Part shown: positions 34,401-42,563 of the stretch, piece after piece
Layout of the letters: the number at the start of each line of letters is the position of its first letter
Numbering within the stretch: position 1 is the stretch's first letter
Source: Gemmatimonadaceae bacterium
GTDB taxonomy: Bacteria; Gemmatimonadota; Gemmatimonadetes; Gemmatimonadales; Gemmatimonadaceae
Direction: 5' to 3'
Length of the DNA: 44,779 nt
NCBI GenBank assembly: GCA_050733555.1
Contig: JBOHTE010000127.1
Span: 1-44,779 of the forward strand
Notes under the pieces: model-generated
The model's database searches: none
What the model saw: only the letters and a program-made list of their open reading frames with translations
What the model was told of the DNA's origin: nothing
Translations under genes and position numbers: made by a program

Positions 34401-35048
34401 AGCGCGGAGGCGGCGCGCGACCAATGGCTGGCGCCGCGTGCCGTGTACGGCTACTTCCCCGTGCAGGCGGGCGGCAATGATCTCGTCGTGTACGATCCGG
34501 CCGCGTTCCAGAGCGATGGTGCCGCACTGCGTGAGATCGCGCGGTTCTCGTTCCCGCGACAGGAGTCGCGCGAGCGGCTCTGCCTGGCGGACTACTTCCG
34601 GAGCGTGGACTCGGGTACGGTGGATGTCGCGGCGTTTCAGGTGGTGACGGTAGGCGATGCGGCCACGCGTCGATTCGAGACGCTGCAGGCACGGGGAGAG
34701 TACACGGAGGCGTACTACCTGCACGGCATCTCCGTGGAGGCGGCGGAGTCGGTCGCGGAGTGGATGCACCGTCACGTGCGTCGCGAGCTCGGGCTTCCGC
34801 CCTCGCAGGGCAAGCGCTACTCGTGGGGCTATCCGGCGTGTCCCGACCTCGACGGACATGCGCAGGTGTTCAGGCTGCTGCCGGCGGCGGACGCTCTCGG
34901 GATGCAGCTCACCTCGGCGTTCCAGCTGATGCCCGAGCAGTCCACCGCCGCGATCGTCGTGCATCATCCGCAGGCCAAGTACTACGTGGTGCGGTCGGGC
35001 GGAGAGCGCGACATGGGTGCGCGCAGCGCCGAGCGCGTGAGCGCATGA
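31485..35048 (+). CDS. metH: cobalamin-dependent methionine synthase
   Basis: All modules are present. Hcy-binding: 'FDGAMGTN', 'LNCSTGP', 'GGCCGTTPEH'. Pterin-binding domain. B12-binding: 'GDVHDIGKSLV' (DxHxxG). C-terminal AdoMet-activation domain: 'LYRLQWG...', 'YSWGYPACPD'. Start at ATG 31485. Confidence 0.95.
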   Translation: MTRSSSSPRYLAELSRRVLIFDGAMGTNIQRQHLTAQDFGGKATEGCNDYLVLTRPDVIRGIHESFLAVGCDVVETCTFQSTPRRLHEWGLGDRMRDINVEAARLARAACDAYATPDRPRFVAGSMGPTGMLPSSSDPVLSAITFAELSENFHHQASGLVEGGADLLLIETAQDILEVKAAIAGIEQLFTELGRRIPIQTQVTLDTSGRMLLGTDIASAMTTLEALGVDVIGLNCSTGPEHMREPIRYLGEHASRPVSCIPNAGLPLNTGTGDAVYPLEPEPLARALAEFVRDFGVRAVGGCCGTTPEHLDAVVHAVRGNGQSERARDDGARGRHHVSRVSSGMRAITLHQDPPPLLIGERVNSQGSRKVKQFLLADDYEGLLEVARHQVDSGAHVLDVCVALTERGDEAEQMAQTVKLLSMSVETPLMIDSTEPDVVARALEHIPGRAIVNSINMENGTTRIEAVLPLVKRHGAAVVALTIDEAGMAKTRERKLEIARRIHDIAVGEYGLAPGDLIFDALTFTLATGEAEWVDSATETIEGIRCIKRELPGVFTSLGVSNVSFGLAPGARAALNSVFLHHCVQAGLDMAIVNPAHIRPYAELSTEERELSDDLVFNRRPDALQRFIERFDESTNAASRAATRQDEDPTAGMSVDEKIHWRIVHRKKDGIEELLDEAGVREQPVRVLNEVLLPAMKDVGDKFGAGELILPFVLQSAEVMKKAVKHLEQFLERSEGYTKGKVVLATVYGDVHDIGKSLVNTILSNNGYTVFDLGKQVPVNTIIDKAVEVGADAIGLSALLVSTSKQMPICVQELDKRGLAFPVMIGGAAINRRFGRRALFVEGERAYAPGVFYCKDAFEGLETVETLLDAARRPEFVTRNLDDAKRDVFLHTQVGKDVSAGSDGGARSDVAADNPVPVPPFYGTRVLHDIPLAEVLSLLDLDELYRLQWGGRGSGAEFDALVRTEFEPTLARLSAEAARDQWLAPRAVYGYFPVQAGGNDLVVYDPAAFQSDGAALREIARFSFPRQESRERLCLADYFRSVDSGTVDVAAFQVVTVGDAATRRFETLQARGEYTEAYYLHGISVEAAESVAEWMHRHVRRELGLPPSQGKRYSWGYPACPDLDGHAQVFRLLPAADALGMQLTSAFQLMPEQSTAAIVVHHPQAKYYVVRSGGERDMGARSAERVSA

Positions 35049-36946
35049 CGGCCCGCCGCGATGTGCGCGAGGTCCTCGACCCGGAGCGCATCATCATTTT
35101 CGATGGCGCGATGGGAACGATGCTCTACGCGAAAGGCGTGTTCATCAACCAGTGCTACGACGAGCTGAACGTGCGCGCGCCCGAACTCGTGCGCGACGTC
35201 CATCACGCCTACACCAAGGCGGGCGCGGAAGTGCTCGAAACGAACAGCTTCGGCGCCAACCGGCTGAAGCTGGCGCCGTACGGTCTCGAGGAGCGAGTCG
35301 AGGAGTTGAATCGCGCCGCTGCCCGGATCGCGCGCGACACGGCAGGTCAGGGCGTCCTGGTCGCCGGCGCCGTCGGTCCGCTGGGCGTGCGCCTCGAGCC
35401 GTTCGGACCGGTTGGCCGCGACGAGGCGCGTGGCCTGTTCCGCGATCAGATGAGCGCGCTCCGCGACGGGGGTGTCGATCTGTTCATCCTGGAGACGTTC
35501 AGCGATCTGGATGAGATCGAGCAGGCCGTTCGCGCCGCGCGCGATGTGGATGCCGCGCTGCCAGTGATCGCGCAGATGACCATCGGACCGGATGGTCTCA
35601 CGCCATACGGCGCCACGCCGGAAGACGTGGCTCACGCGCTCGATGCCGCCGGAGCGGACATCATCGGTCTCAACTGCTCGGTGGGACCGCAGACCATTCT
35701 CGAGGCGATCGAGCGCATGGCGGCGGTGACGCGGCGCAAGCTCAGTGCGCAGCCCAACGCGGGGATGCCGCGCGACGTGGGCGGCCGCACGATGTACATG
35801 GCGAGTCCGGAGTACATGGCGACCTTCGCCCGCCACTTCGTGCAGGCCGGCGCCCGGGTGATTGGCGGATGCTGCGGCACCACGCCGGATCACATCAAGG
35901 CGCTGGTGGAAGGCACGCGGCCCCTGGTCCCGCGGCGACAGCGACCTATGTCCATTCGCTACCAGCTCCCGCATACGGATGATCAGTCCGCGCCACGCGA
36001 CGAAGCCGCCGAGGCGGCCGCCGGCCGCGAGCCGATGCCCTTCGCCGAACGCTCGTGCTGGGCCGGGAAGATCGCTCGCGGCGCCTTCGTGACTTCGGTC
36101 GAGATCGTCCCGCCGCGCGGCGTCGACGCGACGAAGATGCTGGAGGGCGTGGTCGCGCTGCGAAACGCCGGCGTGGATGCCGTGAACGTGCCCGACGGTC
36201 CGCGCGCGCAGAGCCGCATGGGGGCGCTCATGACGAGTCTCCTCATCGAGCAGCGGCTCGGGATCGAGACGGTCACGCACTACTGTTGTCGCGACCGCAA
36301 TCTGCTCGGAATGCTGAGCGATCTGCTGGGCGCGGCGGCCATGGGGCTGCGCAACCTGCTCATCATCACGGGAGACCCGCCCAAGATGGGCCCGTATCCG
36401 GATGCGACCGCCGTGTTCGACATCGATGCCATCGGCCTCACGAATCTCGTGAGCCGCCTCAATCGCGGGTTGGATCCCGGCGGGCATGAAATCGGGCAGG
36501 CCACGGCGTTTGCGATTGGCGTGGGGGTGAACCCGGCCGCGATCGATCCGCAGTACGAGCTGCGTCGCTTCGAGTGGAAGGTGGACGCCGGCGCCGAATA
36601 CGCCATCACGCAACCGGTGTTCGATGTCGAACAGCTCGAACGCTTTCTGGAGTCCATCGCACACGTGCGCATTCCGATCATCGCGGGGATCTGGCCGCTC
36701 GTCTCGGCGCGCAACGCCGAATTCCTGGCGAACGAGGTGCCCGGCGTGGTCGTGCCGGAGGCGGTGATTGCGCGCATGCGCGCCGCCAGCGAGCGGTCCC
36801 GGGAGCACGCCGTGGCGGCGGGCATCGCGATCGCGCGCGAGATGCTCGACCGCGTGCGCGGCCGCGTCCAGGGCGTGCAGGTGTCGGCACCGTTCGGCAA
36901 GGTCGAGCTGGCACTGGACGTCATTGCGCAGAGGAGCGAGTCATGA
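35045..36946 (+). CDS. bifunctional homocysteine S-methyltransferase / 5,10-methylenetetrahydrofolate reductase (YitJ-like fusion)
   Basis: N-terminal HMT domain: 'IIIFDGAMGTMLY', 'LNCSVGP', 'GGCCGTTPDHI'. C-terminal MetF domain: 'FVTSVEIVPPRG', 'NVPDGPRA', 'THYCCRDRN', 'LLIITGDPP'. The ATG overlaps the metH stop (ATGA). Confidence 0.85.
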   Translation: MTARRDVREVLDPERIIIFDGAMGTMLYAKGVFINQCYDELNVRAPELVRDVHHAYTKAGAEVLETNSFGANRLKLAPYGLEERVEELNRAAARIARDTAGQGVLVAGAVGPLGVRLEPFGPVGRDEARGLFRDQMSALRDGGVDLFILETFSDLDEIEQAVRAARDVDAALPVIAQMTIGPDGLTPYGATPEDVAHALDAAGADIIGLNCSVGPQTILEAIERMAAVTRRKLSAQPNAGMPRDVGGRTMYMASPEYMATFARHFVQAGARVIGGCCGTTPDHIKALVEGTRPLVPRRQRPMSIRYQLPHTDDQSAPRDEAAEAAAGREPMPFAERSCWAGKIARGAFVTSVEIVPPRGVDATKMLEGVVALRNAGVDAVNVPDGPRAQSRMGALMTSLLIEQRLGIETVTHYCCRDRNLLGMLSDLLGAAAMGLRNLLIITGDPPKMGPYPDATAVFDIDAIGLTNLVSRLNRGLDPGGHEIGQATAFAIGVGVNPAAIDPQYELRRFEWKVDAGAEYAITQPVFDVEQLERFLESIAHVRIPIIAGIWPLVSARNAEFLANEVPGVVVPEAVIARMRAASERSREHAVAAGIAIAREMLDRVRGRVQGVQVSAPFGKVELALDVIAQRSES

Positions 36947-36956
36947 CAGGCGGGCA

Positions 36957-37343
36957 ATGAAGGCCATTCTGCTGATTGATCACGGGTCCGTGCGTGAGGA
37001 GGCGAACGCCATGCTGGCAGATGTGGCGGCGGTCGTGCAGCGGCTCGCCGGGGCGGAGGTCCTCGTGCGATACGCGCACATGGAGTTGGCGGCGCCCGGC
37101 ATTGGCGACGCATTCGCGGCCTGCGTGGCGGGCGGTGCCACGGAGGTCGTTGCATTCCCATACATGCTGTCGCCGGGCAAGCACTCCACACGCGACATCC
37201 CGCGCATGGTGGGCGAGGCCGCGGCGCGCTTCCCGGGCGTGTCGTTTACCGTGACGCCGGCGTTCGGGTTGCACGAGAAGCTCGCCGAGGTGGTGCTGGA
37301 GCGCGCCGGTGTGCCGGTAACGAAGCACACCGTCGCGGGGTAG
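36957..37343 (+). CDS. CbiX/SirB-type (short) sirohydrochlorin chelatase-like protein
   Basis: 128 aa. 'AILLIDHGSVREEAN' and 'VVAFPYMLSPGKHSTRDIP' match the CbiX histidine-containing motifs. Confidence 0.7.
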   Translation: MKAILLIDHGSVREEANAMLADVAAVVQRLAGAEVLVRYAHMELAAPGIGDAFAACVAGGATEVVAFPYMLSPGKHSTRDIPRMVGEAAARFPGVSFTVTPAFGLHEKLAEVVLERAGVPVTKHTVAG

Positions 37344-37352
37344 ATTCACCGG

Positions 37353-38522
37353 ATGTCCACCGACACCGGCGCCGCGCACACCGCGCTCACGATGCTGTCC
37401 GAGGAAGAAATCATGTTTCGCGACGCGGTGGCCGAATTCGCCGACGCGGAAGTTCGCCCCAGAGTGCGCGACATGGAGCGCGCTGGCAAGCTCGACGCCG
37501 CACTCATTCCGAAGTTCTTCGAGCTCGGGCTCATGGGAATAGAGGTCCCGGAGCGCTACGGCGGGGCGGACGGCACGCTGTTCATGGTGACGCTCGCGGT
37601 GGAGGCCATCAGTCGCGTGGATGCGGCCGCCGCGATTCTCATGGACGTGCAGAACACGCTGGTCAACTTCCCGGTTGGCCAGTATGGCAGCGAGGAGCAG
37701 CGCGCGAAGTATCTGCCGCAGCTCACCCGGTCCAGCGTGGGCGCGTACGCGCTCTCGGAGCCGGGATCGGGCTCCGATGCGTTCGGCCTCGCCACGCGCG
37801 CCGTGCGGCAGGACGATCACTGGGTGCTCAGTGGCCGCAAGATGTGGATCACCAACGGCGCGGAGGCCGAGATCTTCGTCGTGTTCGCCACGATCGACCC
37901 GAACGCCGGCTACCGGGGCATCACCGCGTTCATCATAGAGCGCGGCTATCCGGGATTTTCCGTCGGGAAGAAGGAGGACAAGCTCGGCATTCGCGCATCG
38001 AGCACCACGGAGCTCGTGCTCGAGCAGTGCATCGTGCCCGGCACGAACGTGCTCGGCCCCGAAGGCAAGGGCTACAAGATCGCGATCGAAACGCTGAATG
38101 GCGGGCGGATCGGGATTGGCGCGCAGATGATCGGCGTGGCGCGCGGCGCGCTGGATGTCACGCTGGCCTACGTGCGCGAGCGTCAGCAATTCGGCCGCGC
38201 GATCGGGGAGTTCCAGGGCGTGCAGTTCCAGCTCGCGCAGGCCGAAACGGAGCTGGAGGCCGCGCGACTCATGGTCTACAACGCGGCGCGGCTCAAGGAT
38301 GCCGGTCAGTCGTTCACGCGCGAGGCCGCCATGGCCAAACTGTATGCATCGCAGATGTGCGAGCGCGTGACGTCGCTCTGCCTGGAGCTGCACGGCGGCT
38401 ATGGCTACACGAAGGAGTACCCGGTGGAGAAGTTCTACCGTGATGCCAAGATTGGCGCGATCTACGAGGGCACCTCGAACATGCAGCTCCAGACCATCGC
38501 GAAGATGGTGATGCAGGAATAG
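37353..38522 (+). CDS. acyl-CoA dehydrogenase (short/branched-chain type)
   Basis: 389 aa. 'GAYALSEPGSGSDA', 'KMWITNG', 'ERQQFGRAIGEFQGVQFQLA', 'YEGTSNMQ'. Confidence 0.9.
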   Translation: MSTDTGAAHTALTMLSEEEIMFRDAVAEFADAEVRPRVRDMERAGKLDAALIPKFFELGLMGIEVPERYGGADGTLFMVTLAVEAISRVDAAAAILMDVQNTLVNFPVGQYGSEEQRAKYLPQLTRSSVGAYALSEPGSGSDAFGLATRAVRQDDHWVLSGRKMWITNGAEAEIFVVFATIDPNAGYRGITAFIIERGYPGFSVGKKEDKLGIRASSTTELVLEQCIVPGTNVLGPEGKGYKIAIETLNGGRIGIGAQMIGVARGALDVTLAYVRERQQFGRAIGEFQGVQFQLAQAETELEAARLMVYNAARLKDAGQSFTREAAMAKLYASQMCERVTSLCLELHGGYGYTKEYPVEKFYRDAKIGAIYEGTSNMQLQTIAKMVMQE

Positions 38523-38575
38523 CCGATGGTGATGCAGGGGTAGGAGTCGAACCGGGGAGCGCGTAGATTCGCGGC

Positions 38576-40648
38576 ATGCCAATCTCCTTCCCCTCCTCCC
38601 GCGCCATGCTCGCGCCGCTGCTGCTCCCGGCGCTCGTGTTGTCCGCGTGGTTCGCGCCGCTTCCCGCGCAGACCGTCGCCGCGCCCGCCGTGGATCCCGT
38701 CGGTACCGCATCCACCGCACGACCGCTTCCCGGTCCGGTGTACGAAACGCCGGAGTTCAGTCGCGCCGTCGCCAACGGCACGCGCACGCGGACCGGCGCG
38801 CCCGGGCCGCGCAACTGGGTGCAGCACGCGCGCTACGCGATCGACGCGTCGCTCGATCCCGCGGCCCGGCGCGTGCGCGGCCGGGAGACGGTCATCTATC
38901 TCAATCACTCGCCCGACACGCTGCGTCGCGTGGCCGTCTACCTGCGGCAGAACGTGTTCGCGCCGGGCAGCCCACGGCGTGAACCCGTGCCCGTGACCGG
39001 CGGCGTCTCGCTCGAGCGCGTGATGGCGAATGGCCAGACCCTCTCCTCACGCACGGGCATCGCGCCAGGTGATGATCCGGCGCAGGCCGGCTCCGCCGCT
39101 CCGGGATATCACGTGGCTGGTACCGTGATGTGGATCGCGCTGCCGAAGCCGATGCTTCCTGGCGACAGCGCGCGATTCGCGTTCTCCTGGTCGTATTCCC
39201 CCGCTCCATCGCCATCGGATGGGCGGGAAGGACGGGAAGGCAGCACGCTCTTCTTCATGGGATACTGGTACCCGGAGATCGCGGTCTACGACGACGTGAG
39301 CGGCTGGGTCACCGATCCCTATCTCAATGGCGCCGAATTCTACATGGATCCCGCCGACTATGATGTGCGCCTCACCGTGCCGCGCGGCTGGCTCGTGGGC
39401 GCCACGGGTACGCTGCAGAACGCGGCGCAGGTGCTGTCGGCGCGCACACGCGCGCGACTCGACACGGCGCGCCGGTCGAGCACCGTGGTCCACGTCGTGA
39501 CCGATGCGGAGCGCCGCGCCGGCAGCGCGTTCGCCGCACCCTCGAGCGCGCGCACGGTCACCTGGCACTTCACCGCGCCCAACGTGCGTGACTTCGCGTG
39601 GGGCACGAGCAGTCAGTACGTCTGGGACGCGACGCGCGCGCTCGTGCACGCCGCATCGGGAAGCGCCGTGGACACGGTGGCGATCAACAGCTTCTTCCGG
39701 CTGCACGCGCCCGCGGCCGCGTGGGCTGTTGCCGGCGCGCGCTACACGCGCGACGCCATCGAGCAGATGTCCGCGTATCTGTGGCCATACCCCTGGCCGC
39801 AGATGACGTCCATGGAGGGCGTGATCACGGGTGGCGGCATGGAGTATCCCATGATGACACTCATGCAGCCGTGGGCGGATACGCTGTCCCTGGCCGGTGA
39901 CCTGATGCACGAGACCGGGCACATGTGGTTTCCCATGCAGGTGGGATCCAACGAGACGCGGCATCCGTGGATGGACGAAGGGTTCACGCAGTTCGACGTC
40001 GCGCAGGGAATGCGTGTGCTCTACGGCGAGCCGCGCAGCGGCGGCCGTCCCAACGATTCGGAAGCGGGACAGCGCATGCTGTATCTCGCGCCCGCGCGCG
40101 CCGGGCACGATGAACCGCTCATGCGGTGGGGCGACCTCATGCCGGAGGACCAGTACTTCATCATGTACTACGACAAGACCGCGCAGGTGCTCCAGGCGCT
40201 GCGCGCGCTCCTCGGCGAGGAGACGTTTCACCGCGCGTATCGTGAGTACGGGCGCCGCTGGATCAACCGGCATCCCCAACCGGAGGACTTCTTCAACACT
40301 ATGGACAACGTGTCGGGGCGGAATCTCTCCTGGTTCTGGGAGACGTGGTTCTACCGGCCGTGGTCACTCGATCAGGCGATCGCGAGCGTGCGCGCGGACG
40401 GTGATTCAGTGGCCATCACGATAGAGGACCGCGGACTCGCGCCCATGCCGGTGCTGCTGGCGGTCACGCGATCCGACCGGAGCGTGCAACGCATCACCAT
40501 TCCCGTCGACGTCTGGCTCCACGGCGCGCGTCGCGATGTAGTGCAGGTCGCCGGCCATCCGGACGTGGTCCGGGTGGAGATCGATCCCGACGGCGAGTTT
40601 CCGGACGTGAATCGCGACAATCAGCGCTGGACACAGGGCGGACCCTGA
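38576..40648 (+). CDS. secreted M1-family (gluzincin) metallopeptidase
   Basis: Signal peptide 'MLAPLLLPALVLSAWFAPLPAQT'. 'LMHETGHMWF' (HEXXH) is followed 18 residues later by 'WMDEGFTQF'. Confidence 0.85.
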   Translation: MPISFPSSRAMLAPLLLPALVLSAWFAPLPAQTVAAPAVDPVGTASTARPLPGPVYETPEFSRAVANGTRTRTGAPGPRNWVQHARYAIDASLDPAARRVRGRETVIYLNHSPDTLRRVAVYLRQNVFAPGSPRREPVPVTGGVSLERVMANGQTLSSRTGIAPGDDPAQAGSAAPGYHVAGTVMWIALPKPMLPGDSARFAFSWSYSPAPSPSDGREGREGSTLFFMGYWYPEIAVYDDVSGWVTDPYLNGAEFYMDPADYDVRLTVPRGWLVGATGTLQNAAQVLSARTRARLDTARRSSTVVHVVTDAERRAGSAFAAPSSARTVTWHFTAPNVRDFAWGTSSQYVWDATRALVHAASGSAVDTVAINSFFRLHAPAAAWAVAGARYTRDAIEQMSAYLWPYPWPQMTSMEGVITGGGMEYPMMTLMQPWADTLSLAGDLMHETGHMWFPMQVGSNETRHPWMDEGFTQFDVAQGMRVLYGEPRSGGRPNDSEAGQRMLYLAPARAGHDEPLMRWGDLMPEDQYFIMYYDKTAQVLQALRALLGEETFHRAYREYGRRWINRHPQPEDFFNTMDNVSGRNLSWFWETWFYRPWSLDQAIASVRADGDSVAITIEDRGLAPMPVLLAVTRSDRSVQRITIPVDVWLHGARRDVVQVAGHPDVVRVEIDPDGEFPDVNRDNQRWTQGGP

Positions 40649-40652
40649 GGCG

Positions 40653-41642
40653 TCACGCCGCGGTGGTCAGCACGAGTGCGCCCGTGACCGCACCGGCGCG
40701 CAGCCGCTCGAGCGCCTGGTTGGCGGCGTCGAGCGGCACGGTCTCGACGGTGGTGTGCACCGGCACGCGCGGCGCGAGCGCGAGAAATTCGTCGCCATCG
40801 CGCCGCGTGAGGTTCGCCACGGAGCGAACCACGCGCTCGCCCCACATCACGTCATAGGGAAACGCAGGGATATCGCTCATGTGGATGCCCGCGCACACCA
40901 CCGTGCCGCCCTTCACGACGTTGCGGAGCGCGACGGGAACGAGCGGACCCACCGGCGCGAAAATGATCGCCGCGTCGAGCGGCTCCGGTGGCGCGTCCTG
41001 TGAGGCGCCCGCCCACTCCGCACCCAGCCCGAGCGCGAACCGCTGCCCCGCGGCGTCGCCGGCGCGCGTGAACGCGAACACGCGACGGCCTTCCGCGCGC
41101 GCCACCTGCGCCACGATGTGCGCGGCGGCGCCGAAGCCGTACAGGCCGATGCGCGCGGCGTCGCCCGCCGCGCGCAACGAGCGAAAGCCGATGAGCCCCG
41201 CACACAGCAGCGGCGCCGCACTCGCGTCATCGTACGACACGGGAATGGGAAAGCAGAATCGCTCATCGGCCACCGTGTACTCGGCGTAGCCGCCATTGAT
41301 CTGATAGCCCGTGAAGCGCGCGCGGTCGCAGAGATTCTCGCGCCCCGAGCGGCAGTAGCGACAGACGCCGCAGGTCCAGCCCAGCCAGGGCACGCCCACC
41401 CGGTCGCCGGGCGCGAAGCGTTCCGCACCGTCGCCGCATGTGGCAACCGTCCCGACAATCTCGTGTCCGGGTATGAGCGGCAGCACGGGTGACGGTAGCT
41501 CGCCGTCCACGACGTGCAGATCCGTGCGGCACACCGCGCACGCATGCACCTGAAGCAGAAGCTGCCCCGGGCCAGGCGTCGGCCGGGGCAGCTCGGTCAG
41601 CCGCAACGGCTCGCCAGGACGCTCGAGCACCATCGCGCGCAT
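40653..41642 (-). CDS. zinc-dependent alcohol dehydrogenase (MDR family)
   Basis: 'VHACAVCRTDLHVVDG', 'GHEIVGTV', structural-Zn cysteines 'CGVCRYCRSGRENLC', Rossmann 'IGLYGFGAAAH'. Confidence 0.9.
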   Translation of the reverse strand: MRAMVLERPGEPLRLTELPRPTPGPGQLLLQVHACAVCRTDLHVVDGELPSPVLPLIPGHEIVGTVATCGDGAERFAPGDRVGVPWLGWTCGVCRYCRSGRENLCDRARFTGYQINGGYAEYTVADERFCFPIPVSYDDASAAPLLCAGLIGFRSLRAAGDAARIGLYGFGAAAHIVAQVARAEGRRVFAFTRAGDAAGQRFALGLGAEWAGASQDAPPEPLDAAIIFAPVGPLVPVALRNVVKGGTVVCAGIHMSDIPAFPYDVMWGERVVRSVANLTRRDGDEFLALAPRVPVHTTVETVPLDAANQALERLRAGAVTGALVLTTAA

Positions 41643-41654
41643 GGCAGTCCGCCG

Positions 41655-42374
41655 TCATCCCGCCTTGATCGCACCATAAATCGCGGGAAGCGCGCCAACA
41701 AGCCAGACGATGATCGCGGCAACCGCCGCCTGCTGCTTCGAGATCCTGCCCACGACGTAGAGTCCGACGCCAAGGAGAATCGTCACCCAGATCGCGAAGA
41801 CATCCACGCGACCCGCAAATGCCTGCAGCAGCTGTGAGGATTTGTCGGGATCGAGGAGCTTGGCGAGGCTCAGCGTCACGCTGTACCTGCTGGTCAGCTT
41901 TGCCGGGTCCGTGAGATACGCAATGAGTCCCCCCGCCACGAAGCCCAGGATGAGCGGGAAGGACGCGTACGTGGACACCATGAAGGAGGAGCTGGGCGTG
42001 AGCTTCGAATCGAACAGCTTGCCGACCAGCCAGAGCACGAGTCCCAACACGATAACGCGAATTGGCATGCCGATCAGAATGGTCAGGAAGCCGAGCTTGT
42101 CGAAAATTGCCTGTCCCTTCTGCATCTGATCTGCCGTGATCTGCGGATTCGCCTTCATGGCTGCCACGGTCTGTCGGGCGAACTCCGCGTCGAACACGGG
42201 CTGCATGAGTGACTTCGTGCCGATGTAGAGCACCGTACAGATGACCGTAAGGACGAGCAGCGCGATGCCGAATCCCGCGGTCGAGCGGCGCGCGAAGACC
42301 TGTGATGGCGACACGAAAATGTCGATGAAGTCGTCCCAGACCGTCGGCGGCTTCGGTGCGGTGGTGGAGGACAT
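41655..42374 (-). CDS. Yip1-domain membrane protein
   Basis: 'VWDDFIDIFVSPSQVFARR' followed by five hydrophobic segments. Start set at ATG 42374 ('MSSTTAPKPP'). Co-directional with the ADH gene and 12 nt upstream of it. Confidence 0.6.
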   Translation of the reverse strand: MSSTTAPKPPTVWDDFIDIFVSPSQVFARRSTAGFGIALLVLTVICTVLYIGTKSLMQPVFDAEFARQTVAAMKANPQITADQMQKGQAIFDKLGFLTILIGMPIRVIVLGLVLWLVGKLFDSKLTPSSSFMVSTYASFPLILGFVAGGLIAYLTDPAKLTSRYSVTLSLAKLLDPDKSSQLLQAFAGRVDVFAIWVTILLGVGLYVVGRISKQQAAVAAIIVWLVGALPAIYGAIKAG

Positions 42375-42563
42375 TCTGACTGGCCCCTTGGCGACGGGTA
42401 GGAGGGATGCAGCAGCGCCGTAAAGGTTGCACGCGAAGCGAGAGAGGGCAAGCGCACGGCGGCCAGTGATCGGGACATGGCGATTGGCGCGGTGCAGCCG
42501 GCCAGCGGCCAACACCTCATAGCCTTGCGCCCAACTGGCTCACGCCTTGCACTGGCACGGGGT

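Noticed and set aside
31398-34967. 1189-aa minus-strand ORF spanning almost all of metH
   Set aside because: This is an antisense shadow ORF. The plus-strand frame encodes an unmistakable full-length MetH. The minus-strand translation is Arg/His/Ala-rich low-complexity sequence with no recognisable motif. Stop-free antisense frames are expected at this GC content.
34982-38720. Long minus-strand ORFs 34982-36808 (608 aa) and 36921-38720 (599 aa)
   Set aside because: Both are antisense to clearly recognisable plus-strand genes (the HMT/MTHFR fusion, cbiX and acyl-CoA dehydrogenase). Their composition is typical of high-GC shadow frames.
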